From the NCBI GenBank assembly GCA_045576955.1, contig JAZNHM010000102.1:1-46029 (forward strand): a DNA stretch of 46,029 bases, read 5' to 3'. A program made the translations under genes and the position numbers. The notes under the pieces were generated by a model that was given only the letters and a program-made list of their open reading frames with translations, made no database searches and had not been told where the DNA came from. Source of the DNA: Acutalibacteraceae bacterium (GTDB lineage Bacteria > Bacillota > Clostridia > Oscillospirales > Acutalibacteraceae). Below, in pieces: positions 11,082 to 20,159 of the stretch (position 1 is the stretch's first letter; every line of letters begins with the position of its first letter).

Positions 11082-12959
11082 ATGAGAAAATTTATCTGCA
11101 TAGTGCTTTGTGTGCTGATGATAATTTCGTGCAGCTTCGTTCCGACGTTCGCATCGGAAAAGAAAAATGATAATCCCGTCATTCTTATTTCGGGATTTCT
11201 GTGTTCACAGCTTTATATCGATTATGGCACGGATGATGAAATGAATATCTGGAAAGCCATGCTAAAATATGCCGCCGATTTTGTCGGTGATGAGTTTTCA
11301 ACTGTTGCAGGCGCTGTTGTACAATTTGCTATAGGCAATGACGAAAAATTCGGAAAAGTTCTCGGAGAGTGTGCGGAGGAGGTTCTTGATTTGTTCAGCT
11401 GTAATCCTGACGGCAGTTCCGCATATGAACTTTTGCATTATCCGAACGACCCTGCAACATCAAATCTTGAATATATGTATGAAAACGGTCTTGAGGACAA
11501 ACTTTACGAAAAGAATTTTTGTCGATATCTTTCCCAGCAGACTGACCCGAGCCGTGTATACTGCTTCCAATATGATTCGCGTATGGATGCAGTGATGCTT
11601 GCGTATCAGCTTCGTGATTTTATAAACGAAGTGAAAGAATATAACGATGCGGAAAAAGTCAATATTTTTGCCCTCAGTTTCGGCGGTCTTATAACTTCAA
11701 CATATTTAACTCTTTTTGAAAGCGATAATTCCGTTGAAAAGGTAGTTATGAGCGTTCCTGCAATCGGAGGCACGAATATTCCCGACAGACTTTTCAGAGG
11801 TAAAATAAATCTTCCCGCAGAGGATGTAATAAAGTTTTTTGAAACGATTCTCGGCGGTGAAAGCAATTTTGCAAGATTTTTCGAGGGTGACGAAACTGAA
11901 AAGCTGAACACCGTTCTCTCTTCTGCTTCTGACGGTTTCCGCAATTCGCTTTTGTGCTGGGGCAGTATATGGTCGCTCTGTTCAACCGACCTTTATGAAA
12001 ATCTCAAGAACGATTATCTTGACCCGATTGCAAATGCAAAAATAATAGCGAATAATGATTTGCTTCATTATGAAATCAAACCGAAATTCACTGAGGTATA
12101 TGAAAACATTATATCAAACGGCGGTTCGGTTTCTATTCTCTGTGCGACGGGTAGTGAGCTTGTTGCGGGAGGAGAATATAACGGCGATGTCATTCTTCCT
12201 GCCGAAAAAGTAAGCGGTGCTTTGTGCGCACCGTTCGGAATGCGGTTTGCGGACGGATATTCAGGTTCTCAGGCGGGTTGCCGTGATTTGAATCATTACC
12301 ATATTTCGCCGTCAATGCAGATTGATGCCTCAAACGCATATCTGCCCGAAAACACGTGGTTCATTGAGGGGCAATATCACGGTCAGTATTATTATGAAGA
12401 ATATACCCGCTCGCTTGTAACAAAGCTTTTGTTTAGCGATGAAATAAAGGATGTTCATTCAAACCGTGACTTCCCGCAGTTTGAATATTCAAACAATCCC
12501 TACTGCAATCTTCACATCCGGTTCAATAAAAGCCTTACGGGGTATTTATCAGCTGAAGATTCGGCACTGGAGATAAAAAATATTTCCGATGAAAACCATA
12601 TTAAAATTCTTTCTGTCAAATCATACGGCGTTAAGCTTGATTTTGATTTGTCGGACAGTGGATTTCTTTCTCCCGATGAAAAAATTTCCGTCGGATTCAG
12701 CGGTGATATTCCCGAAACATATGCAAAAGCTGTAAGAATAAAAATTTGTTATATTGAGTTGGGAAGTGTAAATCCGTTTTGTGTAACTGATTTTAATATT
12801 ACGGTTAATAATGGAGATGTTGTCAGCCGTAATGACGGCTTTGTTACTGCGGAATTTGAAGAAGATTTCAGAAATTCGGTTTCCGATTCTTTTTATGATT
12901 TTCTTGTGAAAACATCCCTGCGTCAGTTTGCAGAGTGTGTTTATAATTTATTTCATTAA
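11082..12959 (+). CDS. Secreted alpha/beta-hydrolase, LCAT/phospholipase-like, with C-terminal extra domain
   Basis: Signal peptide (…PTFA/SE), PVILISGFLCSQL, FQYDSR, nucleophile elbow ALSFGG, NGDVILP, QYHGQ. Confidence 0.72.
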   Translation: MRKFICIVLCVLMIISCSFVPTFASEKKNDNPVILISGFLCSQLYIDYGTDDEMNIWKAMLKYAADFVGDEFSTVAGAVVQFAIGNDEKFGKVLGECAEEVLDLFSCNPDGSSAYELLHYPNDPATSNLEYMYENGLEDKLYEKNFCRYLSQQTDPSRVYCFQYDSRMDAVMLAYQLRDFINEVKEYNDAEKVNIFALSFGGLITSTYLTLFESDNSVEKVVMSVPAIGGTNIPDRLFRGKINLPAEDVIKFFETILGGESNFARFFEGDETEKLNTVLSSASDGFRNSLLCWGSIWSLCSTDLYENLKNDYLDPIANAKIIANNDLLHYEIKPKFTEVYENIISNGGSVSILCATGSELVAGGEYNGDVILPAEKVSGALCAPFGMRFADGYSGSQAGCRDLNHYHISPSMQIDASNAYLPENTWFIEGQYHGQYYYEEYTRSLVTKLLFSDEIKDVHSNRDFPQFEYSNNPYCNLHIRFNKSLTGYLSAEDSALEIKNISDENHIKILSVKSYGVKLDFDLSDSGFLSPDEKISVGFSGDIPETYAKAVRIKICYIELGSVNPFCVTDFNITVNNGDVVSRNDGFVTAEFEEDFRNSVSDSFYDFLVKTSLRQFAECVYNLFH

Positions 12960-12963
12960 AAGC

Positions 12964-12996
12964 CAAGCTCCGAGGTCGTAAAGACTTCGGAGCTTG
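12964..12996. terminator. Intrinsic terminator hairpin between convergent genes
   Basis: CAAGCTCCGAGGTC-gtaaa-GACTTCGGAGCTTG. Confidence 0.75.
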
Positions 12997-13000
12997 TTGT

Positions 13001-14353
13001 CTATTTATCGGTAAGATTTCTTATCCATTTTTTACTTTTGAATCGGTGAAGACTCATAAGTGTTTTCGGGATATCTTCGCAGAGATACATTGCCATAATC
13101 AAATATATAAAATCAACTTTCACTACAAGTCCGAGTATTACAACAACGGGAACACTGAGCACATAAAGCGAAAGACAGTCGTAAACTATTCCTATCTTTG
13201 TATCGCCGCCCGCACGGAATGTGCCGACTATCAAGGTATATGGAATGTTTCTTATCGGGAGCCAAAGACAGTAGAGAAGGATGAGGCTTGATGAAAGCTC
13301 AAAGGCTCCCTGGGTTTCGATTTTAAGGAGCGAAAGCAGAGGCTCACGTACAAATGCAAGAACACCCCCGGTTATAATTCCTGTTATCGGAGTCATTATC
13401 ACGAATTTTTTTGCAAGCTTATATGCATCCTTGTCGTTGCCTTCGCCAATGGTTTTGCCGGTCATAATAGAGCAAGCGTGGCATAATCCAACGAAGAAAA
13501 CGAAAGCAACCTGCTCTATTGAGCTGAAAATGGTATATCCTGCATATGCTTCGCTTCCCTGCCTTGCAAAAACCATTGAATAGATGTTTGTGCCTATTGC
13601 CCACATTGCTTCATTGAAAACAACGGGAAGGCATACAAGTGAAAATCTTTTTATGAATTTGGAATTTAATTTAAAAAAGTCTTTTATTGGGTTGTTGAAT
13701 ATTTCTTTTGAGGTTCTCAAAACGCCAAACAAAAGCACAGACTGGAATGCAGTTGAAATTAAAGTAGCAAGAGCTGCACCGCGTATACCCATTGCAGGCA
13801 TACCGAGTTTGCCGTATATGAGGATATAATTCAGAATTGTGTTAACAGCAACAGCTGCAATGGAAGTGAAAAGGGGAGGGTTAACTCTTTCGGTTGCTCT
13901 GAGTGCAGTGCAGGTAATTTGATTGAACGCGCTGAAAATACCCATAAACGCAACGATTTTCATGTATTGCGAAGCAGTGTCGATAACAGCTTGTTCATTG
14001 GAGAACACCTTTATCATCAGTTCCGGAATAAAGAACATACAGCAGCTGAAAACAATTGCAACACCAATACCGAATAACAGTGCGTTGCCGTAAGATTTTT
14101 TGATATTGTCTTTTTCTTTGGCTCCCCAGAACTGAGCTATCATAGCGGCAGCACCCGATGAAATTCCAAAATAAAAAAGATTCATCAGGAATATCCATCT
14201 TGACGAAACACCGACAGATGAAACAACAACGTTGCCGAGCCTTGTAACCATCGCGGTGTCAACAAGCTGAGCACACGACACAAGAAGCTGCTGTGTTGCT
14301 ATCGGCAGTGCAAGTTTAAGCATATTCTTAAAGAAATTTTTGTTTGAATTCAT
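13001..14353 (-). CDS. MATE family transporter
   Basis: LALPIA, VDTAMV, AQFWGA, MGIRGAALATLIS, FRAGGDTK, about 12 TM helices, SKKW C-terminus. Confidence 0.95.
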   Translation of the reverse strand: MNSNKNFFKNMLKLALPIATQQLLVSCAQLVDTAMVTRLGNVVVSSVGVSSRWIFLMNLFYFGISSGAAAMIAQFWGAKEKDNIKKSYGNALLFGIGVAIVFSCCMFFIPELMIKVFSNEQAVIDTASQYMKIVAFMGIFSAFNQITCTALRATERVNPPLFTSIAAVAVNTILNYILIYGKLGMPAMGIRGAALATLISTAFQSVLLFGVLRTSKEIFNNPIKDFFKLNSKFIKRFSLVCLPVVFNEAMWAIGTNIYSMVFARQGSEAYAGYTIFSSIEQVAFVFFVGLCHACSIMTGKTIGEGNDKDAYKLAKKFVIMTPITGIITGGVLAFVREPLLSLLKIETQGAFELSSSLILLYCLWLPIRNIPYTLIVGTFRAGGDTKIGIVYDCLSLYVLSVPVVVILGLVVKVDFIYLIMAMYLCEDIPKTLMSLHRFKSKKWIRNLTDK

Positions 14354-14389
14354 TTTATCTTTCCTTGATTTGTGTTGTTAACTGAGATA

Positions 14390-14472
14390 AGTATATAGCA
14401 TTTGAAATAATTGTCAATCCTTTTTGAAAATTCTTTATTTCTATTGATTTTTATAGTTATGTAAGTTATAAT
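14390..14472. promoter_or_regulatory. Divergent sigma-A promoters (MATE / DHDPS-like)
   Basis: Plus: TTGATT-17-TATAAT (14444..14472). Minus: TTGACA-16-TATACT (14417..14390). Confidence 0.6.
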
Positions 14473-14518
14473 ATTATCGAATAGGCAAAGTTCAAAATTT
14501 TACAAGAAGGTGTTTTTT

Positions 14519-15412
14519 ATGTCACAGTATAATGAATTTGCAGGTGTTTATTCACTCCTTTTAACTCCCTTCAATTGGGACCGAACAATCGACTATAAGT
14601 GCTACGAGGAATATGTTGCATGGCAGGCAGCATTTAAGCCTCAGCATCTTTTCGCAGTTTGCGGTTCATCCGAAATGACCGAGCTTACTCTTGAAGAAAG
14701 AATCAAGTGTGCAGGCCTTGCTGTTAAGAATTCAAACGGTGTTCCCGTTTTTGCAACCGCTAACCTTGAAAAAGAATTCAATGCTCAGATTGAAGAAATG
14801 AAAATGCTTGAGCAGCAAGGTGTTTCCGGTCTTGTTTTTGTTACAAAGGGTATGTGCGATAAGCCCGACCATATGTATGAATATATGACAGACCTTGCTT
14901 CGCATACCGAGCTTCCCATCATTCTTTATGAATTCCCCGGTCTCAGACCCCATCTTATGGATTCTGTTACATACGGCAAGCTTGTTGCTACAGGCAAGTT
15001 CAAGGGCATTAAGGATACAACCTGTAAAATGCCTGAAATCGAAGCAAAGATTGCTGTTCAGGGTGACTCAAACGTTCTTCAGGCTAATATCCCCTTCCTT
15101 TATGATGCATATCTTAAGGGAGCAAGAGGTGTTATTGCAACTCCCACTTCCTGCGGTGCAGGTCTCTTTGTTAAGATGTGGGATGAATTCACCAAGGGTG
15201 ACCTTGAAGCAGCAAGAATTACTCATCAGCATATCATTTCTCTTGATAACTGTATTGATTCAGGTTTCTGCGCAAGTGCAAAATATCTTGTAGGTCTTCA
15301 GGGAATCAATATGAAATGGTTCACCAGAGGTGCACACGACCTTAGCTCCTGCAGACTCCGCTCAATCGAAGTATGGTATGATTGGGCAAAGTCAGAAGGC
15401 ATTCTTAAATAA
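14519..15412 (+). CDS. DHDPS/N-acetylneuraminate lyase superfamily aldolase/dehydratase (not canonical DapA)
   Basis: LLTPF…TID, LTLEER, LPIILYEFP, and GIKDT (Schiff-base Lys). ATG 14519 follows RBS GAAGGTG. Confidence 0.85.
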   Translation: MSQYNEFAGVYSLLLTPFNWDRTIDYKCYEEYVAWQAAFKPQHLFAVCGSSEMTELTLEERIKCAGLAVKNSNGVPVFATANLEKEFNAQIEEMKMLEQQGVSGLVFVTKGMCDKPDHMYEYMTDLASHTELPIILYEFPGLRPHLMDSVTYGKLVATGKFKGIKDTTCKMPEIEAKIAVQGDSNVLQANIPFLYDAYLKGARGVIATPTSCGAGLFVKMWDEFTKGDLEAARITHQHIISLDNCIDSGFCASAKYLVGLQGINMKWFTRGAHDLSSCRLRSIEVWYDWAKSEGILK

Positions 15413-15459
15413 TCAACACTAAATAAATTTGCTGAAGAGCAAATCACAAAGGTGAAGCT

Positions 15460-17040
15460 ATGAAAAAGCTCAAAGCTAATGTCTGCGCGGTAACTCACGC
15501 AGGCAGAATTCGCAAGGAAAATGAAGATAACTATGATTTAAACGGCAGAATGACGTCTACGGGTGACCTAAAAAAAGGTTCCGCATTCGTTCAAAGCATG
15601 ACAGAGCCTTTCCATCTTTCTGTCTGTGACGGTATGGGCGGCGAAAGCTACGGTGAGCTTGCATCCGGTATTGCTGTTGAGACAATTGCTGCTCACGCCT
15701 CAAACGTTTATGAAAGCGGCGAAGATTTCAGCTTTGCAATTTCAAACTGTCTTGACGATGCCAACAGCCGTATCTGCGCTGAAATCAATGCCAGAGGAAA
15801 GCGTATGGGTACTACTCTTGCAACGATTTATGCCGTCAAAGGCAATGTTATCTGTGTTAATATCGGTGATACAAGAGTTTACCATTATTCAAAAGGAATT
15901 CTTGAGCAAATAAGTTTTGATCACACTCACGCCCAGACTATTGTTGATGCGGGCGAGGTTTCGATGGATAATATTGCCAGAATTCCCGATGCAAAACGCC
16001 TTACCCGTCATCTTGGTGTGTTTCCCGAGGAAGGCGGTATTTCACCCAACATCAGTGTTATTGATGATGTTGAGGACGGCGATATTATCCTCCTTTGCAG
16101 TGACGGACTAACCGATATGCTCAGTGATGATGACATAACAGCGATTCTTTCAACTGCAGAAAACGCTCAGGGTGCAGCAAGCAAGCTTGTGCGCAGAGCG
16201 CTTGAAGTTGGCGGTAAAGATAACATCACTGTTATGACTGCATTTATGAATGTAGAAGAAACCGCTATATTTGCTCCCATTGCCGCGGCAATGGTTGGCG
16301 ATAGTGATGCTGATTACGAAGAAGAGTACCGTAATTCCTTCGGCTCAAATCAGAACGCTGACGAAGAAAATGCTGTATCTCCTTATGCAAATGCAGATGC
16401 AAGAGCATATTCAAAACCGGTAGATAAAGCGAAAATTATGAAGATTGCCGGCGCAGTTATTGCGGTTGTAATTCTTATTCTTGCCGGTGCTCTTACGTTC
16501 AAAGCTATTTTAGGTAATAAAGAGCCTGATGACGAATCTTTGTCATCAACAACATATGCTTACGCAAATGCAACAACATATCCTGTTTATTCACCTCCCA
16601 CTTATACAACCAGACCCATCACTACATGGTCATTTGAACCGAGTGAGAGTGAAACAACCGAGGAATCAACCACGGAAGAGTCAACGTCAACAACCCGCAG
16701 ACGTGTGACAACTACCCGTAAGCGTGTAACAACCACACGCAAGAGAACAACCACTACAAAGAAGAGAACCACTACAACCAGAAGGGTAACAACCACCCGC
16801 GCAAGAACCACTACAAATAGAGAAACAACAACTGCTACAACCGCGGCATTAACAACCGAAAAAACAACGGTTCCTACCGCAACAACAAGCAGTGCGGTAA
16901 CCTCAACAACCGGTTCATCTTCAACAACAGCAGCAGTAAGCACCTCTTCAACAACAAAAGCTTCTGCAACCACAACCCGTGCTTCGTCATCAACGGGCAC
17001 AACTGTCGGATTCAGTAACGGTTTTATTGTTTTCGGATAA
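15460..17040 (+). CDS. PP2C/PPM Ser/Thr phosphatase fused to TM helix and Thr/Ser-rich low-complexity tail
   Basis: GRIRKENED, VCDGMGG, MGTT, NIGDTRVY, LTRHLG, LCSDGLTD, GGKDNIT. TM IAGAVIAVVILILAGALTF at about aa 329-347. T-rich C-terminus. Confidence 0.92.
   Translation: MKKLKANVCAVTHAGRIRKENEDNYDLNGRMTSTGDLKKGSAFVQSMTEPFHLSVCDGMGGESYGELASGIAVETIAAHASNVYESGEDFSFAISNCLDDANSRICAEINARGKRMGTTLATIYAVKGNVICVNIGDTRVYHYSKGILEQISFDHTHAQTIVDAGEVSMDNIARIPDAKRLTRHLGVFPEEGGISPNISVIDDVEDGDIILLCSDGLTDMLSDDDITAILSTAENAQGAASKLVRRALEVGGKDNITVMTAFMNVEETAIFAPIAAAMVGDSDADYEEEYRNSFGSNQNADEENAVSPYANADARAYSKPVDKAKIMKIAGAVIAVVILILAGALTFKAILGNKEPDDESLSSTTYAYANATTYPVYSPPTYTTRPITTWSFEPSESETTEESTTEESTSTTRRRVTTTRKRVTTTRKRTTTTKKRTTTTRRVTTTRARTTTNRETTTATTAALTTEKTTVPTATTSSAVTSTTGSSSTTAAVSTSSTTKASATTTRASSSTGTTVGFSNGFIVFG
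16687..16823 (+). repeat. Degenerate ~21-bp (7-aa) coding tandem repeat TTT(R/K)(R/K)R(V/T)
   Basis: STTRRRV TTTRKRV TTTRKRT TTTKKRT TTTRRV TTTRART TTNRE. Synonymous positions differ between units. Confidence 0.8.
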
Positions 17041-17047
17041 AATAATT

Positions 17048-17081
17048 AACGGACTGCCTTGTAAGAGGCAGTCCGTTTTTT
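17048..17081. terminator. Intrinsic terminator between convergent genes
   Basis: AACGGACTGCCT-tgtaag-AGGCAGTCCGTT followed by T run. Confidence 0.82.
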
Positions 17082-17088
17082 GCTTGTA

Positions 17089-18027
17089 TTATTTGATTTT
17101 TGAAATTGACCAGGCGGCGATATCTTCATATACCTGCTTCCTGTCAACTTCGTTAAGAATTTCGTGGCGCATTCCGGAATAAAGTTTGATTGTAACATCT
17201 TCTTTGCCTGCAAGCTTAAGGTCATTATATACCTGCTTTACGCCTTTTCCGTAAAGTCCAACGGGGTCCTCTTCACCGGCAATAAGAAGGATGGGGATTT
17301 TATTATAAACACAGTTATACCAATCTTTTCCTGATACACGGTCAAGAATTGTGAAAAGGTCTCTGTAACCTGTTGCGGTAAAAAGATATCCGCAGTATTT
17401 ATCAGCAATATATTTGTCAACAATTTTGCTGTCGGTTGAGAGCCAGTCAAATGATGTTTTTGCGTTCGGGATTTTATTGTTATAGGTTCCGAACGCAATC
17501 TTATCAATGAATTTGCTTCTATGTCGACAGCCTTTTATTTTGGCAATACCGTCAGCAAGTTTTATTGCAATTGCAGAAGCGGGGTTTTTACCGCTTGTAC
17601 CACAGAAAACAACTGCTTTGATTCGTTCATCCTTGCCGTAACGGCGTGTGTATTCTCTTGCGATGAAAGAGCCCATACTGTGACCAAAGAAAATTATCGG
17701 AAGTCCGGGAAGCTCAGAAGCGATAAGCTCGGTAAGGCTTCTTTCGTCCTCAACAAAGGTGTCCCAACCACCGTTCTCACCGAAATAACCGAGGTCATCA
17801 TCACACTTGACTGATTTGCCGTGACCGACGTGGTCGTTGACGAGAACGGCAAATCCTTTTTCGCAAAGATATGCAGCAAAATCTTCGTATCTTTCGCCGT
17901 GCTCAGCCATACCGTGTGCAATCTGAAAAATTGCTTTTGCACCATCGGCAGGCATCCAGCATCTTGCATAAACATCAGCGATGCCTGATTTTGATGGAAC
18001 AGAATATTCTTTTCTGATGATTTCCAT
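17089..18027 (-). CDS. Alpha/beta hydrolase, lysophospholipase (PldB/monoglyceride lipase)-like
   Basis: HGMAEH, DHVGHGKS, GHSMGS, GEEDPVG, RHEILNE. Confidence 0.92.
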   Translation of the reverse strand: MEIIRKEYSVPSKSGIADVYARCWMPADGAKAIFQIAHGMAEHGERYEDFAAYLCEKGFAVLVNDHVGHGKSVKCDDDLGYFGENGGWDTFVEDERSLTELIASELPGLPIIFFGHSMGSFIAREYTRRYGKDERIKAVVFCGTSGKNPASAIAIKLADGIAKIKGCRHRSKFIDKIAFGTYNNKIPNAKTSFDWLSTDSKIVDKYIADKYCGYLFTATGYRDLFTILDRVSGKDWYNCVYNKIPILLIAGEEDPVGLYGKGVKQVYNDLKLAGKEDVTIKLYSGMRHEILNEVDRKQVYEDIAAWSISKIK

Positions 18028-18042
18028 AAAGTCACCCCTATG

Positions 18043-18567
18043 TTAAATAAATTTTTTTAATCTTTTTCTTAATATGATTCCCATTACCGATGCAGCTGAT
18101 ATTTTTATTATATCACCCGCAATAAACGGTATGACGCAAACTGCAATTGAACCTGCAATACCCGTATTTGTTTGCAGAGAATACCAAACTGTACCTAAAG
18201 CATAACATGCAAAAACACCAAGTGCCATTGAAAGGGGATAGATGTGCCTCTTATTTGCAAATTTTCCAATAAGACCAGATGTTATTAATGCGCAAGGGAT
18301 GTATCCTATGATAAATCCTCCTGTAATTCCGGCTATTTGTTGAAATCCACCGATGAATCCTGCAAAAACCGGTAGCCCCGCAGCACCGAGTAGAATATAT
18401 ATGATAACAGCAACAATGCTTTGCTTATAAGGCGTAAAAGCAGAAATCAGGCATACGGCAAAAGTTGCCAGTGAAACGGGAACAGCACCAACAGGTAAAG
18501 ATATCGGTGCAAAAATGCAAAGAACGGCAGCCGTAATTGCGGTTACGGCAAGATTTTTATGTTTCAT
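18043..18567 (-). CDS. bioY: Biotin ECF S component BioY
   Basis: VPVSLATF, YILLGAAGLPVFAGF, TGGFIIGY, PFIAGDIIK. Confidence 0.93.
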   Translation of the reverse strand: MKHKNLAVTAITAAVLCIFAPISLPVGAVPVSLATFAVCLISAFTPYKQSIVAVIIYILLGAAGLPVFAGFIGGFQQIAGITGGFIIGYIPCALITSGLIGKFANKRHIYPLSMALGVFACYALGTVWYSLQTNTGIAGSIAVCVIPFIAGDIIKISAASVMGIILRKRLKKFI

Positions 18568-18583
18568 TAACGAACCTCAATGC

Positions 18584-18623
18584 GGATGATGTGTAAAGAT
18601 TGTTTGCTTTACATACATCATCC
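18584..18623. repeat. Imperfect inverted repeat upstream of bioY
   Basis: GGATGATGTGTAAAG-attgtttg-CTTTACATACATCATCC (15-bp arms, 2-nt bulge), overlapping the stop codon of the upstream kinase. Confidence 0.6.
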
Positions 18624-19568
18624 TTTGTATGTTGATGAAATGTTATTCTTAATGTTATCAAGGATTTGAACGTTTTCAGATTTGAAGCAAGCAAAAATCG
18701 CACCAACTTCAGGTGTAAAGTTTATTAACTTTACATTTTGTAAATCGTTGCTATTCAGGTAATCCTTGAAGATATCGCAGAAATACTTGTTATACTGGAA
18801 AATTCCTCCCCAAAGACCGATTGGGATGTCTTTTTTTACCCCATAAAGCAAAGAAATGACGGTTTCTGAGAGAAGTTTTGCTTCGCTTTTGATAATGCTT
18901 TTAGCTGTTTTGTCACCGCTTTCGGCAAGGGAGATAACATTTTTTGCGAATGCAGCGGTAACTTTTCTGCTGACTGTTTTGTCATAGTACAAATCTATCA
19001 AATCATATATATTGTCTGTTGAAAAATAACGAAGGCATTCATCGATGAGTGCGGACTTTTCGCCGTAGTTTTCATATGACCTGATTGCAGCTTTGATTCC
19101 AGAAAGACCGATTGAATAGCCGCTTCCTTCGTCGCCGAGAATATAACCCCAACCGCCTGCGTGACGGATTGTGCCGTCCTCTTTTCTGTGAAGTGCCATC
19201 GAGCCTGTGCCGCTGATAACAACAGCGCATTCACCATTTTCATCCATCGCTTCAAGGGCAACATATAAATCGGAATCCATTATTGTCTTTTTACTGTCAA
19301 TTATTCCGCTGCAGAATCTTTCGATTTCTTCGTCTGATGCTCTTTCATTGAGCGCAGACATACCGATCACAGTGCAGTCGAAGCTTTTTTGCGGCATTGA
19401 TTTAATAATATCCGCCATCGCTTTTCTTGCATTTTCAATGCCTACCGAATAATAATTTATGCTTTCTCCGCAGGCTTTGCATATGAATTCGCCTTTTTCG
19501 TTGAAAACAACAGCGGTTGTTTTGCTTCCGCCACCGTCAATGCCGAGATAAAATTTTGTGCTTTCCAT
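18618..19568 (-). CDS. BadF/BadG/BcrA/BcrD-type sugar kinase (N-acetylglucosamine kinase-like)
   Basis: LGIDGGGSKT, VISGTGS, AGGWGYILGDEGSGY. Confidence 0.9.
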   Translation of the reverse strand: MESTKFYLGIDGGGSKTTAVVFNEKGEFICKACGESINYYSVGIENARKAMADIIKSMPQKSFDCTVIGMSALNERASDEEIERFCSGIIDSKKTIMDSDLYVALEAMDENGECAVVISGTGSMALHRKEDGTIRHAGGWGYILGDEGSGYSIGLSGIKAAIRSYENYGEKSALIDECLRYFSTDNIYDLIDLYYDKTVSRKVTAAFAKNVISLAESGDKTAKSIIKSEAKLLSETVISLLYGVKKDIPIGLWGGIFQYNKYFCDIFKDYLNSNDLQNVKLINFTPEVGAIFACFKSENVQILDNIKNNISSTYKG

Positions 19569-19703
19569 AGTAACCTCCGAATTTACAGACCGTACATTTA
19601 TTTTTCGTAACTTGTCAACATATGGATGTTATTATTAAAATAAAGATTAGAGAATACAACGAATTTTTACTGATATAAAAACCGAACGAAAGGAATGGAT
19701 TAA

Positions 19704-20159
19704 ATGAAAACAAAGCAGCCGTGCATTATGGTATGTGTAACCCCACAGCAATCCTGCGCAAGACTTATTGAAGCGGGAGCAAGGATAGCAAAAGAAGAAA
19801 ATCTGCCGCTTGAAGTAATAAGTGTTTTCAGACAGAGCAGTGGACTTAATGCCAATGAAAACGGAGCACTCGAGAATCTTTTTGAATGTGCCAAAAATTT
19901 TGATGCGAGTATGAACATATTTTTTAATGACAGTCCTGCTCTTGTTGTTGCCGTTGCAACAAAGAAACATAATGCTTCAACTCTTGTTACCGGTTTTCCT
20001 GCCGAGGGAAGTAGCGGATTTATCGCAAGAATTCACGAGCTTGTGCCGGATTTACCGATAACAATGGTTGATAACGAGTCGAACGAATATAAAATAATTC
20101 CCGTTGAAAAGGATAAGACTGAAAATATTAAGAATCCTGTTTTTAGCTCAATTCATTGA
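19704..20159 (+). CDS. Universal stress protein-like (KdpD USP-domain type) protein
   Basis: IMVCVTPQQSCARLIEAG, ALENLFECAK, LVTG. RBS GAAAGGA. Confidence 0.75.
   Translation: MKTKQPCIMVCVTPQQSCARLIEAGARIAKEENLPLEVISVFRQSSGLNANENGALENLFECAKNFDASMNIFFNDSPALVVAVATKKHNASTLVTGFPAEGSSGFIARIHELVPDLPITMVDNESNEYKIIPVEKDKTENIKNPVFSSIH

Noticed and set aside
16687-16823. Periodic repeat considered as a CRISPR array or VNTR
   Set aside because: In-frame coding repeat with degenerate units, no spacers and no cas genes.
16602-17000. Val-rich 132-aa minus-strand ORF that looks like a membrane protein
   Set aside because: Reverse complement of the ACN (Thr) codon run in the PP2C tail.
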